DNA of 64,000 nucleotides from NCBI RefSeq assembly GCF_055900595.2, contig NZ_CM148325.1; one strand, 5' to 3'. Shown piece by piece: positions 13,681 to 25,136 of this stretch (position 1 is its first letter; each line of letters starts with the position of its first letter). The notes under the pieces were generated by a model. It saw only the letters and a program-made list of their open reading frames with translations, ran no database searches and was not told where the DNA came from. The position numbers and the translations under genes were made by a program.

Positions 13681-13821
<141 letters not shown>

Positions 13822-15111
13822 CTAGGCTATTTGTGCATTGGTGTTGAGGTGAGAATAGCACCAGTCAGGTGAGCAGATTATAATGTTACGAGACTTAAGC
13901 ACCTCTGTAGCTCCCATGGTCTGATAGTTTCTCCCGTATACCGCTCATGCAACTCCCGCATTAAAATATACTGTTCTTTCCGGATAATTACGTTAAAATA
14001 TACACCTGCGTGCATCTGTGTCAGACTCCGTTAGATACCAGCGTACATTGTAAACATGCCGGATGCACGCAATACAATAATCGGTCTTTTCGGAGTTATA
14101 GTCGCCAGGCTGGCATCCCGTAAATATGTATCAGGTAGCAATTCAGGAAGCGAACAAAAGCGCCTGGAGAAGGTTATCTCTGATAATAATTTACATGAAA
14201 TGTCTCCTTTATTCTTCGCGAATAAGGCCTTCAGTGTTCTCCCCTTTTCAGCAATTCTTACCGTAGTAATCACTCCTGCCTGTGTATAACACGAGAATTG
14301 CCAGAGTTTAACGTTTCGGTATCGTTATCCTGCATGATGTTGAACAGAACCGGGCGTGAATTCTGCGCCAGAATTTTCTTTCGAGGAACATTCCGGGTTA
14401 TCTGTAGTACAGGAGGAGATTTTCTCCTATTTCAAATAAAATTCAATGACAGGTGAATATTTAAATATAAATGCATCGCTTCAACAGAGAAATCGGAATT
14501 ACGCCCGGAACCAGGCCTGAATGAATAATGGAGGAGGTAAAATAATATTATTGATGAAACTATCAAATCAAGTCCCCCTTCTCCTTCCCCAGCTTAAATA
14601 TACTTACTTTTTCACTGGATAATATGTTATTGAATTACAAAGTTGATCCTGATATACAGGATTTCCGGCTCTTGCATCCAGTGATAACTTTATATAGTCC
14701 TGCAAAGGCGAACTTCGTAAAAGTATACTTTTCTGTTGTAAGCATTGAGGTATCGAAAATGAGTGAGAATACCGGAAAATCCCATGAAAATAAAATGGTT
14801 ATTATTGACTGCGGGGAATATGATGAATACCTTCGTAACGCGTGGTTCCGAGGTTTTCGGGAAGGTTATGATATGGCGATGAAATTTGGATTAGGCTGCC
14901 AGCAATGTTATGAAACAGGTGAAAAAATAGCATGCGCAAGAGCTGAAGAATGCCGTAAAAAGATTAAGGTAATAAAACACTGAAACGGGCTGTCTGATAT
15001 TTCTGTGAGCTAAAAAGACACCGTAATACAGGTATCTCACAGTAACTGAAAGATATGCACATGCCGCCAGGGAAGATTAAGGGTAAGGGAGGATATCCCT
15101 TACCTGATTGA

Positions 15112-15636
15112 TTATGGGATGATACCACAGGCAATTCTTGCACCACCGCCACCTAGAGGTTCAGGATGGTCATCATGATTATCACCTCCTGCGTGGAGCA
15201 TTAGCGAACGGCCATCGAGCTCCTTTAATTCAGATAGTCTTGGCGCAAGCACCGGGTAGGTTGCTTTTCCGTCATGAGTGACATAAAGCGCAGGGAGATC
15301 ACCTAGGTGGCCATCAGGAGACCATGGACCGAGATGCTTCCCTGTTTTTTCCGGGTCAAAGTGACCACCTGCAGATAAAGCAGCGACAGTTTTTCCATCT
15401 TTCAGGGCAGGAGCACAACTTGCGTTTTCATGTACATGAAAACCATGAATGCCGGCGGGTAAGGAGTGAAGATCAGGGGTGAACAGCAGCCCGTAGGGTG
15501 TCTTCTGGATGGTTATTTTACCAATATTTCGCTCTTTTCCGTCACTATCAACAAGATTCATTGTTACATCTTTGGTGGCTGCATATCCACAGGATGATGT
15601 AGCCAGAATCACAAAGGCAATAAGTTTACGTTTCAT
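15112..15636 (-). CDS. sodC: Periplasmic Cu/Zn superoxide dismutase
   Basis: 174 aa with signal peptide, copper/zinc ligand motifs [34 protein letters not shown]. Confidence 0.9.
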   Translation of the reverse strand: MKRKLIAFVILATSSCGYAATKDVTMNLVDSDGKERNIGKITIQKTPYGLLFTPDLHSLPAGIHGFHVHENASCAPALKDGKTVAALSAGGHFDPEKTGKHLGPWSPDGHLGDLPALYVTHDGKATYPVLAPRLSELKELDGRSLMLHAGGDNHDDHPEPLGGGGARIACGIIP

Positions 15637-15731
15637 AAACCCTCTGTTAACAGGTTAAAGATTTACTCAATAACTGTTGCGAAATAACAGTCAGCCAGAT
15701 TTCAGGGGGATGGCTGTGCGCGAAATGAAGC

Positions 15732-16811
15732 TTACTGCATCATGACCTCACGAACGAAATCTTTTTTGAGCTGTGTACTGTACGCTTTGCCATAAAACTC
15801 CACCGTGGGCTCCGGGATCTCATTCAGATCCGGACGGAGCTGTTTGTTCATCGGCGTGGAGCCGAAGACTTTACTCAGTGCATGTTGCGTTTCAGGCTGA
15901 ATCAGCCAGTTGAGGAATAAGCGTGATGCCGCCGGATGTGGGCTGTTGGCGGCAATGGCAGCGATGTTACCGCCGCCAGGCATGCCAAACTCCGGTACGT
16001 AAAATTTCAGCCGCGAATTGATAGCCCCGGTTTTTTGTAGTCCGACAAGATGGTCTTCCCAGGATGGTGTCAGCATCAGCTCGCCGTCATTCAGGCGTGT
16101 CAGACTATCAGCACCGGAGGCCGTGCGGGTAATTTTGTCCTTATTAGCAGCAAACCACTGCCAGCCTTTCTGCCAGTTTTTCACCACTGCCGGGTCAACG
16201 CTCTCCGCTTCGCTGTTAAACGTGTCGCCCTGAGTAGTGACGATGCGCTGGATAAAGGCTTCCCCCGCGCCGCCGTTGTTCGGGTCGTTATAGCCGAACT
16301 TTTTCGGGTTGGCGTCGATAAAGCTCTGCAACTGCTCCAGCGTTTGTGGCAGCGCCCGGTCACCCATCTGCTGCGGGTCGTAAGCAAATCCGGTCTGGTT
16401 GCCCCAGAACGCCACGGCATAACCCTGGGTGTCAACGTTCTGAATCTGGTGAATGGCGTCGCCATAGCCCGGCAAATCGTCCACCTTCGCCAGCGCTTTC
16501 GCTCCCATTGCCACTGGCAGTTGCGCAACAGACAAGGCGATAACATCTATTTTACCCCTTTTTTTCCCCGCTTCTGCCAGCAACTTGTTCACGTTTCCGT
16601 CGATATTCCCTTCCGGGATGCGCACCTTAACGCCGTACTGCTGCTCAAAATCCTTCACAAAGCTGCGCCACTGCGGCTGTAAGTACCAGACGTTAAAGGT
16701 CACGCTGCCCTCTTTTTTCGCTTGGGCAATCAGGTCGGGGCTATCCGCCGCCGTTGCCAGCGAGCTGCACAGCAGGCCGCCCGCCAGAATCATCACTGTT
16801 TTTTTCATCAC
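15732..16811 (-). CDS. ABC transporter periplasmic substrate-binding protein
   Basis: 359 aa, N-terminal signal peptide MMKKTVMILAGGLLCSSLATAA; last gene of 4-gene ABC operon. Confidence 0.8.
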   Translation of the reverse strand: MMKKTVMILAGGLLCSSLATAADSPDLIAQAKKEGSVTFNVWYLQPQWRSFVKDFEQQYGVKVRIPEGNIDGNVNKLLAEAGKKRGKIDVIALSVAQLPVAMGAKALAKVDDLPGYGDAIHQIQNVDTQGYAVAFWGNQTGFAYDPQQMGDRALPQTLEQLQSFIDANPKKFGYNDPNNGGAGEAFIQRIVTTQGDTFNSEAESVDPAVVKNWQKGWQWFAANKDKITRTASGADSLTRLNDGELMLTPSWEDHLVGLQKTGAINSRLKFYVPEFGMPGGGNIAAIAANSPHPAASRLFLNWLIQPETQHALSKVFGSTPMNKQLRPDLNEIPEPTVEFYGKAYSTQLKKDFVREVMMQ

Positions 16812-16829
16812 ATTATCTCCTGTAAAAGG

Positions 16830-17666
16830 TCAGGCTTTTCCCGTGGATTGCGACAGATAGTTCCCCTTCAGCAACTTCTCAATGATGACCATCAGGATGA
16901 CATTGGGGATCACCAGAATCATCGACACCACCGCCGCATCCGGGCGGACGAAGGAGTAGCCAAGGAAAGAGTAAAGAATGGTCGGAACGGTGATAAAGTC
17001 CGGCGCGCCCAGCACGTATGAGATGCCGAACTCTTCCAGGCTTCGCACCAGACAAAAAATCAGCGCCGCCAGGAAGCTCGGTTTTAACAGCGGCAGATAG
17101 GCATTGCAGAAGGTGTCCCACGCGCCGGAGCCCAGGTCGCGGCTGGCGTCGATCAGATCCTGCGGCACAGACTTAAACCCCGCAGACATAATGCGGATCG
17201 AATAGGGTAGCGTCAGTACCGTATGGCCGATAACAATGCTGATAAACGCGTTGTCGATATTGAGGTTGATCAGCATGGCGCTGAAAAAAATCCCGATCAG
17301 CATCCCCGGCATCACCAGCGGGATCAGCGTCAGCATCTCCGCCACCGCCTTACCGCGAAAGGTCATGCGCCCGAAGGCATACGCGGTGGGTAGCGACAGC
17401 AGCAGGCTGGCGACCGCTACCGCAGGCGCAATGGTGTAGCTGTTGAACAGCGCCTCGGAAAGCGAAGTCTTTTCCCATACCAGCAGCCAGCGGCTGAACG
17501 ACAGCACCGGCGGGAAGATATCCGGGTAGCTCCACGGATGGGCCGGGTCAACCAGCGACCAGAGGATCGCCATGCCGAACGGCATACCCAGCCAGATCAG
17601 ATTAGCGACCACGAAGAAGATCAGCGAAATCGTCACCACCCGGCGACCGTTGGCAGTGTGGCTCAT
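16830..17666 (-). CDS. ABC transporter permease (PotC-like)
   Basis: 278 aa, multiple TM segments, overlapping with upstream permease gene. Confidence 0.85.
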   Translation of the reverse strand: MSHTANGRRVVTISLIFFVVANLIWLGMPFGMAILWSLVDPAHPWSYPDIFPPVLSFSRWLLVWEKTSLSEALFNSYTIAPAVAVASLLLSLPTAYAFGRMTFRGKAVAEMLTLIPLVMPGMLIGIFFSAMLINLNIDNAFISIVIGHTVLTLPYSIRIMSAGFKSVPQDLIDASRDLGSGAWDTFCNAYLPLLKPSFLAALIFCLVRSLEEFGISYVLGAPDFITVPTILYSFLGYSFVRPDAAVVSMILVIPNVILMVIIEKLLKGNYLSQSTGKA

Positions 17667-18529
17667 TTGACCTCTCCTTTGCGGGTGGCGAACGGGGTAA
17701 TCAGTGTGGCAATCAGCAACGTGCAGATAGCCGCCGTGACCATAATGATCACCGCAATCACCGCCGCGTTATTCCACTCGCCGTACTCCATGGCGGTGGC
17801 CTGCATCAGCCGCGCCAGCGAGTAGGTGTTGCGTGGCCCGGCCACCGAGAAGAAGGCGAAATCGCCCAGCGCGCCGATAAATACCAGAATCAGCGTCACC
17901 TGCACGGCGGGCAGCGTCAGCGGCACCACCACGCCGGTAAAACTGCGCCAGCGGCTGGCACCGAGATTGCTGGCGGCGTCCAGCACGTCGTTACGGATGG
18001 CGTTGACTGCGCCGCCGACGAGGATCAGGGCGAAGGGCAGGTTTTTCCAGATTTGCAGGATAACCACGCCCCAGCCGAAGTCATCGTTCTGCATCCGCAG
18101 CGGCTCGCTGATAATCCCCAGCGCCAGCAGCAGTTCGTTGATAATGCCGTGATAAGCGACGATATTGACGAACAGAAACGCCGCCACCAGACCGGGGATA
18201 AACATCGGCGCACGCAGCACCGCGATAATGCCCTCTTTATAGGCCATCGGTTTACGCAGCCACAGCGCCAGCGGATAGGCGAAAATCACCGAGCCGAACG
18301 CCCCCAGCAGTGACACTTTCACTGAGTAGAACAGGGCGCTTTGCAACACTTCGTCCTGCAACATATTGCGCCAGTATTCCAGCGAGAAATTGCTGTCGCC
18401 TTCGATGTTGAACCAGCCCAGGCTCTGGACGATCACCACATAAAACGTCGATCCCATCAGTAGTAGGATCGTGCCCAGCCCGCTGAGCATCAGCAGCCAG
18501 GCGACCGCATCATTGCGCCAGTTTTTCAT
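17663..18529 (-). CDS. ABC transporter permease (PotB-like)
   Basis: 288 aa, multiple TM segments, translationally coupled on both sides. Confidence 0.85.
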   Translation of the reverse strand: MKNWRNDAVAWLLMLSGLGTILLLMGSTFYVVIVQSLGWFNIEGDSNFSLEYWRNMLQDEVLQSALFYSVKVSLLGAFGSVIFAYPLALWLRKPMAYKEGIIAVLRAPMFIPGLVAAFLFVNIVAYHGIINELLLALGIISEPLRMQNDDFGWGVVILQIWKNLPFALILVGGAVNAIRNDVLDAASNLGASRWRSFTGVVVPLTLPAVQVTLILVFIGALGDFAFFSVAGPRNTYSLARLMQATAMEYGEWNNAAVIAVIIMVTAAICTLLIATLITPFATRKGEVK

Positions 18530-19608
18530 GATACCGGCTCCAGAAAATGGATGGCGTTTTCCGCCAGACGGAAGCAGGCACTCTCGCCGGGGGCGACGGG
18601 CGGCTTTTTAATTAGCTGTAAGCGGACCGATAACCCGCTGTCGTTGTGGCCCCAGGCTTCGGTGAGGTTGCCCATAAAGGCCATTTTGTCGAGCGTCAGG
18701 GAGAAGTGGTTGTTGCCTGCCTGAGGCTGGCTGACATACTGCGCATCTTCCGGTCGCCAGCAGATATAGCAGTGCTCTGTGCGTGGCGGCTGTACGGAAT
18801 GCACATAAAACTCGCCGAGGGCACAGCGTACCCGGTAATAGCCCGGCTGCTCTGAGGGCGTGACCTGCGCGGTGTCGATATTGGCCGCGCCGATAAAGTC
18901 GGCCACAAAGCGGTTGGCCGGACGGTAGTAAATCTCTTCCGGTTTGCCTATTTGCTCAACATTACCGGCGTTCAGCACCACAATTTTATCCGACATCGCC
19001 AGCGCTTCCGCCTGGTCGTGTGTGACGTAGATCGAGGTGAGCTGATACTGCCGCTGGAGTTCCTTGATTTCAAAACGCACGCTTTCGCGCAGCTTGGCAT
19101 CAAGGTTGGAGAGAGGTTCGTCGAACAGGATCACGTCCGGGCGGGTGATCATCGCCCGCGCCAGCGCCACGCGCTGCTGCTGGCCGCCGGAGAGCTGGGC
19201 GGGCATTTTCAGGCGCTGGCTCTCCAGCCCCACCTGCTTCAGCGCCTCCGTCAGCCGGTCCTGCTGTTCACTGATAGCGACTTTTTTCTGCTTCAGGCCG
19301 AAGCAGATGTTGTGTGCCACGTTGAGGTGCGGAAACAGCGCATAGGACTGGAAACACATGGCGGTATTGCGCTTTTCTGGCGGCAGGGCGTTGACCGTTT
19401 TATCGCCAATAAGAATGCGTCCGCTGTCCGGCTGGTGAAAACCGCCGATCATTTTCAGCAGGGTGGTTTTACCGCAGCCGCTCGGCCCAAGCAGGGTCAC
19501 GAACTCCCCCTCTTCGGCGCAGAACGAGATTTCTCTGGCGGCATAGAATTCGCCGAAGGTTTTGGTCACCTGTTCCAGAACCAGTTTTGACATGAGTCTC
19601 TCTTCCAT
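18526..19608 (-). CDS. ABC transporter ATP-binding protein (PotA/MalK-like)
   Basis: 360 aa; Walker [10 protein letters not shown], signature [14 protein letters not shown], Walker B ILFDEPLS. Confidence 0.9.
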   Translation of the reverse strand: MEERLMSKLVLEQVTKTFGEFYAAREISFCAEEGEFVTLLGPSGCGKTTLLKMIGGFHQPDSGRILIGDKTVNALPPEKRNTAMCFQSYALFPHLNVAHNICFGLKQKKVAISEQQDRLTEALKQVGLESQRLKMPAQLSGGQQQRVALARAMITRPDVILFDEPLSNLDAKLRESVRFEIKELQRQYQLTSIYVTHDQAEALAMSDKIVVLNAGNVEQIGKPEEIYYRPANRFVADFIGAANIDTAQVTPSEQPGYYRVRCALGEFYVHSVQPPRTEHCYICWRPEDAQYVSQPQAGNNHFSLTLDKMAFMGNLTEAWGHNDSGLSVRLQLIKKPPVAPGESACFRLAENAIHFLEPVS

Positions 19609-19808
19609 CGGTTAAAAAGATGATTATTAAATTTACATACTAAACATTAAATTTATGTGACACAGATCCTTAAAGCTAAAAAATGATCTAAATATCAAAT
19701 TAAAAGCATATAAAACAATGGGTTAACCATAAAATAACAAAAACATCTTTCACATTTAAATTTAAGTAGTAAAGTTAATTACCATCTTACATTCGAGAGG
19801 AAAAGAAG

Positions 19809-20639
19809 ATGGCGTTTAACTTTCACCGGGCGGCAGAGGGGATCGTGCTGGCCAACAGCCACCGAGGTTATTCCAGCTGCGCGCCGGAGAACACATTCCC
19901 GGCCTTTGAAGCCGCCCGCCTGGCGGGAACCCACTGTATTGAAATCGATATCCACCTGACGGCGGATAACCAACTGGTGGTCACGCACGATCACCGTATC
20001 GACCGGGTATCCACCGGACACGGATTTGTGGAGCAGATGACGTACCCGCAGCTGCTGGCGTGCGACTTTGGCGTGAAATACCATCCGTCGTTTGCCGGAA
20101 CGCGCATCCCCTTGCTGGCGGACGTGCTGCGCTGGGCGGTGGAAAACAGCATGGGGCTGATTGTTGAGGTCAAACAGCGCAACCGCCATGACGAGTTTGT
20201 GGCGGCGCTGGTCGCACTGCTGCATGAGCATCTGGATGCCCTCGGCCATATCCAGTTGCTGGGCTTCAACCATGTGCTGATCAACCGGGTGAAGGCGCAA
20301 ATCCCGCAACTGGCGTTACAGGTGGTGACGCTGGAGCGCTACAATAACCAGCTTGCGGCTGTACAGCAGTCCAATGCCGGATGCGTCTGCTTTGAGTTCG
20401 AGTTCGCCCATATCGACGACCTGCGGGCCTACAAAAATGCCGGACTGGGCGTGCGGATGTATCTGCATGAAATGAAAAACGGCATGACGCCGCTGGAGCA
20501 GTACGACTATAAATTCGGCTGTGACAGTCGTCCGGTGATTATCGGCTGGATGCAGGCGGGGCTGATTGATATGCTCAGCCACGATGATATTCCGTATTTG
20601 CAGGGACTGATTGAAGAAGCAGGCCTGCGCTGGAACTAG
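19809..20639 (+). CDS. Glycerophosphodiester phosphodiesterase family protein
   Basis: 276 aa; GDPD motifs HRGYSSCAPENTFPAFEAA ... IEIDIHLTADNQLVVTHD. Confidence 0.85.
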   Translation: MAFNFHRAAEGIVLANSHRGYSSCAPENTFPAFEAARLAGTHCIEIDIHLTADNQLVVTHDHRIDRVSTGHGFVEQMTYPQLLACDFGVKYHPSFAGTRIPLLADVLRWAVENSMGLIVEVKQRNRHDEFVAALVALLHEHLDALGHIQLLGFNHVLINRVKAQIPQLALQVVTLERYNNQLAAVQQSNAGCVCFEFEFAHIDDLRAYKNAGLGVRMYLHEMKNGMTPLEQYDYKFGCDSRPVIIGWMQAGLIDMLSHDDIPYLQGLIEEAGLRWN

Positions 20640-20654
20640 AAAAATAAGGACACC

Positions 20655-21767
20655 ATGAACGCCCACTCTGAACGCCTTGAACTACGTGGTTCGCAGCGCC
20701 TGCTGCTGGAACTGATCCGTCTCCACGCCCCGGTGACGCGGGCTGAACTGGCACGGCTGTCGGGACTGACGGCGGGGGCGATCACCCAACAGTGCCGAGA
20801 GCTGATGTTCTCCGGCCTGGTGGTGGAAGGGGAGCGCAATACCGGGCAGCGCGGCCAGCCGTCGCTGCCGTTGCGCCTTAACCCCGGCGGCGGTTGTGCT
20901 ATCGGGTTGTCGTTCAGTCCCGGTTTTATCGATATGACGGTGGTCGATCTCAGTGGTCGCCAGCTGCTGTCGCTTTGCGAAGCACATCAGGAGAATCAGC
21001 CACTGGAGGCCTCTCTCGCGCAGATCAAAACCTTGGTGGAGAAAATGCTGAAAAAGCGCCAGCTCCAGCACGCACGTATTCTCGGCATTGGCTATGCAGT
21101 GCCCGGATTTCTGAAAGCGGATGGTCGCAAGCGCCACAGCGTACCGTGGCTGGAGAGCTGGCGTGAGGTAGATCTCCAGCAGGCGTTTGCCGACAACCTG
21201 CCGTGGCCGACGTGGGTGGAAAATAATGCCAACGCCTCGGCGGTAGGTGAACTGTACAGCGGCAAATGGAATGCGTACAGCGATCTAACCTTTATCGACC
21301 TTGGCTACGGTATCGGCGCGGGTATTATCTCCGGGAATAAAATGCTACGCGGCGGGTTCTGCAATGCCGGTGAAGTCGGGATGGCGTTTCCATCCGGTAC
21401 ACCGCGCCCGTCGTATAAGGATTTGCTTGCCACACTGGAGCGTGAAGGATTCAGTGAAACTAAGCTACCGGAGCTGATAGCCGGGCAGCACCCACTGCTG
21501 GAAAGCTGGTTTGAACGCTGTCGTGGCCAGGTGGAGCAGACGCTCTTCAGCTGTGTGCAGTGGGTAGACCCGCAAATCATCGTACTCGGTGGCGCGATGC
21601 CGAAACCGATTATCAGTCGTCTGGTGCAGGAACTGAATCAACTGATGGAAGCCTGCCTCGATCCCAACCGCCCCAGAGTGAAGTTAGCTGCCTCTTCGAT
21701 GGGAGCACAGAGTGCGTCATGCGGCGCGGCGATGCTCCCGTTGTATAAGGTGATTAATAATGGATAA
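20655..21767 (+). CDS. ROK-family transcriptional regulator (NagC/Mlc-like)
   Basis: 370 aa; N-terminal winged-helix segment then sugar-kinase-like ROK fold. Confidence 0.8.
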   Translation: MNAHSERLELRGSQRLLLELIRLHAPVTRAELARLSGLTAGAITQQCRELMFSGLVVEGERNTGQRGQPSLPLRLNPGGGCAIGLSFSPGFIDMTVVDLSGRQLLSLCEAHQENQPLEASLAQIKTLVEKMLKKRQLQHARILGIGYAVPGFLKADGRKRHSVPWLESWREVDLQQAFADNLPWPTWVENNANASAVGELYSGKWNAYSDLTFIDLGYGIGAGIISGNKMLRGGFCNAGEVGMAFPSGTPRPSYKDLLATLEREGFSETKLPELIAGQHPLLESWFERCRGQVEQTLFSCVQWVDPQIIVLGGAMPKPIISRLVQELNQLMEACLDPNRPRVKLAASSMGAQSASCGAAMLPLYKVINNG

Positions 21768-22346
21768 GAAGTTATGTGATTGTTGCTTCTGAAAGTGATA
21801 TTTTATGTTGTTAAAATGTAAAGTAATAATACAATGAGCTATCCATGATGGGGTTCTGTAAATAAACAAAACACTCTCTTCAATTCTGCTCACCTTCGGT
21901 ATTTGTGTATCATCACTGGCTACTGATAAAAACAGAACCGTCAGTTTTCCACGATGTGAAGGGCAGGAATCATCGGCTGTTGCAGCCAGCGTCAAACGGG
22001 ACTATCTCCAGAAACAGGTGCTTCACTGGAAAGATGACTAGGTGATCTTCAGTTAGCAGCATCCTGTTGTCTGGGTGAATCTTCGTGAGCTGGTAAGTAA
22101 AGGTGATAATTTAGTCACAGTGCATCTCACCGCCCGGGGGAAGAAAGCCGATATTCAGTATCGGGTGCGCATTGACTGTAAGAACGAAAACGCTATCTGG
22201 CAGCGCCAGAGATGAACGTATGGAGATAATCACAGAGTATGAACAAAAGGACTCTACATGTTCATTATGACTAAAAAACGCTGTTTTATTTTACGTTGCT
22301 GTCATAACGTGTTTATCTCAATTTTCGGGAACATGTTCTTAGCGGT

Positions 22347-22432
22347 TAGACTGGCCCCCTGAATCTCCTGCGTTTGAAGGACAGTAACAGGTTAAGTGAT
22401 AACAGATGTATGAAAATATAGAGATACATCCA
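22347..22432. mobile_element. Miniature IS2 remnant: IS2 left inverted repeat (22 bp) plus degenerate right end (42 bp) with body deleted
   Basis: TAGACTGGCCCCCTGAATCTCC at 22347..22368 equals IS2 left terminus; 22391..22432 GTTAAGTGATAACAGATGTATGAAAATATAGAGATACATCCA resembles IS2 right terminus. Confidence 0.7.
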
Positions 22433-22610
22433 AGGAAGAGCCACTTTTGCGCCGTTCGTGACAGTTTTGTCATGTCCTTGCTCCGGCCTGGTTTTATGTT
22501 CATAAGTCCTTCTTCACCAGTATCTTTGTAAACCTTCACCCAGTGCCAGATAATGGTTTCATTTGATATATTAAACTGTGTAGTGGCCTAGCGCATGGTA
22601 AGTTCTTCAC

Positions 22611-22796
22611 TCAAACCTTCAGGACAACTGTCAGTCGAAACTCAGGAGAGCCGCGGTCATTTTGCCATGTAATACCATCAATACCGTGGAGTTGCCAGCC
22701 CTTGACCCAGCATCGCTCTGATGTTTCTTCAACACCAAAACGTTCAGCGGTACGACGTGTACCATCGTGTCCGGCAATATAATGATTAACTACAGC
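22611..22796 (-). pseudogene. Transposase N-terminal HTH fragment (IS3-family-like OrfA remnant)
   Basis: Minus-strand translation ...YIAGHDGTRRTAERFGVEETSERCWVKGWQLHGIDGITWQNDRGSPEF... has no start codon; not in ORF track. Confidence 0.4.
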
Positions 22797-23265
22797 TTAT
22801 TCGGTTTAGAGAAAATATTTTGGCTTTGCCATAAAAACTAACCTTAATCAGTTGGATGTCCAACTTTTGGAGGGAGAGTCCAACGATGGTACAGGATTTA
22901 TTCATGTTAATTTTTCACAAGCTCCTTTATTCGTGTGATGTTAATCACAAAATACCAAAGAGAACGTTGAAAAAATAATGATACATTGTAAAAGATATAT
23001 TAATTAATTTTTCATAATTTTATTATATATGCTGCATGTCAATTATTTATATACCAAAAACCGAACAAAAATATTTATTATAGGTATTATGAAATAACCT
23101 TTCCATATTGTTTATTTTAATGCAATCAGCACAGATTACTTCAAAAATATAATTAGATGCATGAAAAGGGAGAAACAATATATTTTATTGTTTAAGATAT
23201 TTTGTTCAACATGTATGCTGAGAGATAAACTTATCGATACTTAAAAAATCCGAAAAGGAGGAATA

Positions 23266-24825
23266 ATGATAATAAAAAGAGAAAGACGTTTCCTGAGAAC
23301 AGTAGAATGGCTTGGCAATGCACTTCCTCATCCCGTCATCCTGTTCATAATATTAACAATTTCCTTAATTGTAGTTTCGATGATTGGACAATATTTTAAT
23401 ATTAGCGCCCCAGACCCAAGACCACCTGGAGCTAAAGGCCGGAATGATGATGGTATTATTTATATTGTAAGTTTACTGGATGCAGATGGAGTTCGTAAAA
23501 TTCTTTCGAATCTGGTTACTAATTTTACGGGATTTGCACCACTGGGCACTGTTCTGGTTTCTCTTCTTGGTGTTGGTATTGCAGAACGGTCCGGGTTAAT
23601 TTCAGCAACCCTTCGTCTTATTGTGACAAAAGCCCCTGCAAAAGTAACAACTATAGCTGTTGTCTTTGCCGGTATCATGTCCAACATGGCTTCAGAACTT
23701 GGCTATGTCGTTTTAATACCACTATCGGCAATACTTTTTCATTCTCTGGGAAGACATCCCTTGGCCGGGCTTGCTGCTGCTTTTGCGGGAGTCTCGGGTG
23801 GCTATTCAGCAAATTTAGTATTAGGTACAATCGATCCGCTCTTGTCAGGAATCACCCAGCAAGCAGCGCAAATTGTATCATCTGATTATATTGTAGGGGC
23901 TGAATCCAACTGGTATTTTATGTTTGTCAGTACATTTTTTATAACACTCATGGGGTACCTGATAACAGAAAAAATAGTTGAACCACAGTTAGGGAAATAC
24001 AAGGGTGGAGGGTTCAATCAGGATGAACAGTCAATTCGTAATTCATCTGATGTTACAGCAGTTGAGAAAAAAGCGTTAATGCTGTCCTTTTTATCTGTAC
24101 TTCTACTATCTGTTATTGTTGCCATTCTGGTTATTCCTGAAGATGGAATCTTACGTAATCAACAAACAGGATTAATCAGCAATTCTCCATTTCTTAAATC
24201 AATAGTGGCTTTCATTTTCATATTCTTTTCATTAGCTGGTGTAGTATATGGATATACAGCGGGAACAATAAAAAATAGCAAAGATATTGTTGATGCCATG
24301 ACTCATTCAATGAGTACATTAGGACTTTATCTGGTCATTATATTTTTTGCCTCTCAGTTTGTAGCTTTGTTTAGCTGGACAAATATTGGTCAGGTTATTG
24401 CGGTTAAAGGCGGGAGTTTTCTGAATAGTCTTGATTTGCCAGATTCCGTAATATTTATTGGATTTATATTGATTTGTGCTGTCATTAATTTAATGATTGG
24501 GTCCGCATCTGCTCAATGGGCAGTAACAGCACCAATTTTTGTTCCTATGTTAATGATGGCAGGATATGCCCCTGAAGTAATACAGGCTGCTTATAGAATT
24601 GGAGATTCAGTAACAAACATTATTACTCCAATGATGAGTTATTTTGGGCTTGTTATGGCTATTGTACTTAAATACAAAAAGGATGCCGGTGTTGGGACTT
24701 TGATATCAATGATGCTTCCATACTCCATAGTTTTCCTCGTCGGGTGGTCTGTATTCTTTGTTATATGGGTCTTTGTACTGAACTTACCCGTTGGCCCCGG
24801 GGCATCGACCTATTATCTCCCATAA
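23266..24825 (+). CDS. AbgT-family transporter (p-aminobenzoyl-glutamate/MtrF type)
   Basis: 519 aa polytopic membrane protein resembling AbgT family; gene and flanks are markedly AT-rich. Confidence 0.8.
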   Translation: MIIKRERRFLRTVEWLGNALPHPVILFIILTISLIVVSMIGQYFNISAPDPRPPGAKGRNDDGIIYIVSLLDADGVRKILSNLVTNFTGFAPLGTVLVSLLGVGIAERSGLISATLRLIVTKAPAKVTTIAVVFAGIMSNMASELGYVVLIPLSAILFHSLGRHPLAGLAAAFAGVSGGYSANLVLGTIDPLLSGITQQAAQIVSSDYIVGAESNWYFMFVSTFFITLMGYLITEKIVEPQLGKYKGGGFNQDEQSIRNSSDVTAVEKKALMLSFLSVLLLSVIVAILVIPEDGILRNQQTGLISNSPFLKSIVAFIFIFFSLAGVVYGYTAGTIKNSKDIVDAMTHSMSTLGLYLVIIFFASQFVALFSWTNIGQVIAVKGGSFLNSLDLPDSVIFIGFILICAVINLMIGSASAQWAVTAPIFVPMLMMAGYAPEVIQAAYRIGDSVTNIITPMMSYFGLVMAIVLKYKKDAGVGTLISMMLPYSIVFLVGWSVFFVIWVFVLNLPVGPGASTYYLP

Positions 24826-25136
24826 AGTCAATCATACATATCATAATGGAGAATATTATTCTCCATTTCCAGGTTGAATCAATATTAAACCCATGCAGCC
24901 ATAAAAACTTTAGCATTTTAAGTGTCAGGATGTTTCTATGTAAAAATCACAATAATTTACACAACACAAATAAATATATAGTTGATTACATTGAAGATTG
25001 CAATCACAATGTAATTAAATAGAAAATCAATTGTATGACTCCGGCTCAATGCCGACTTAACATCTGTATGCTGAGGTAAGTTTACGCTTCCGACTTTCTG
25101 TTATTTTGGTGATTATATTTTCAGGGGAAATTAAAA

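Noticed and set aside
14624-14983. 119-aa ORF (possible 74-aa protein from MSENTGKSHENK) in AT-rich DNA
   Set aside because: No recognisable family and ambiguous start; plausible small prophage-type gene but not supportable from sequence alone.
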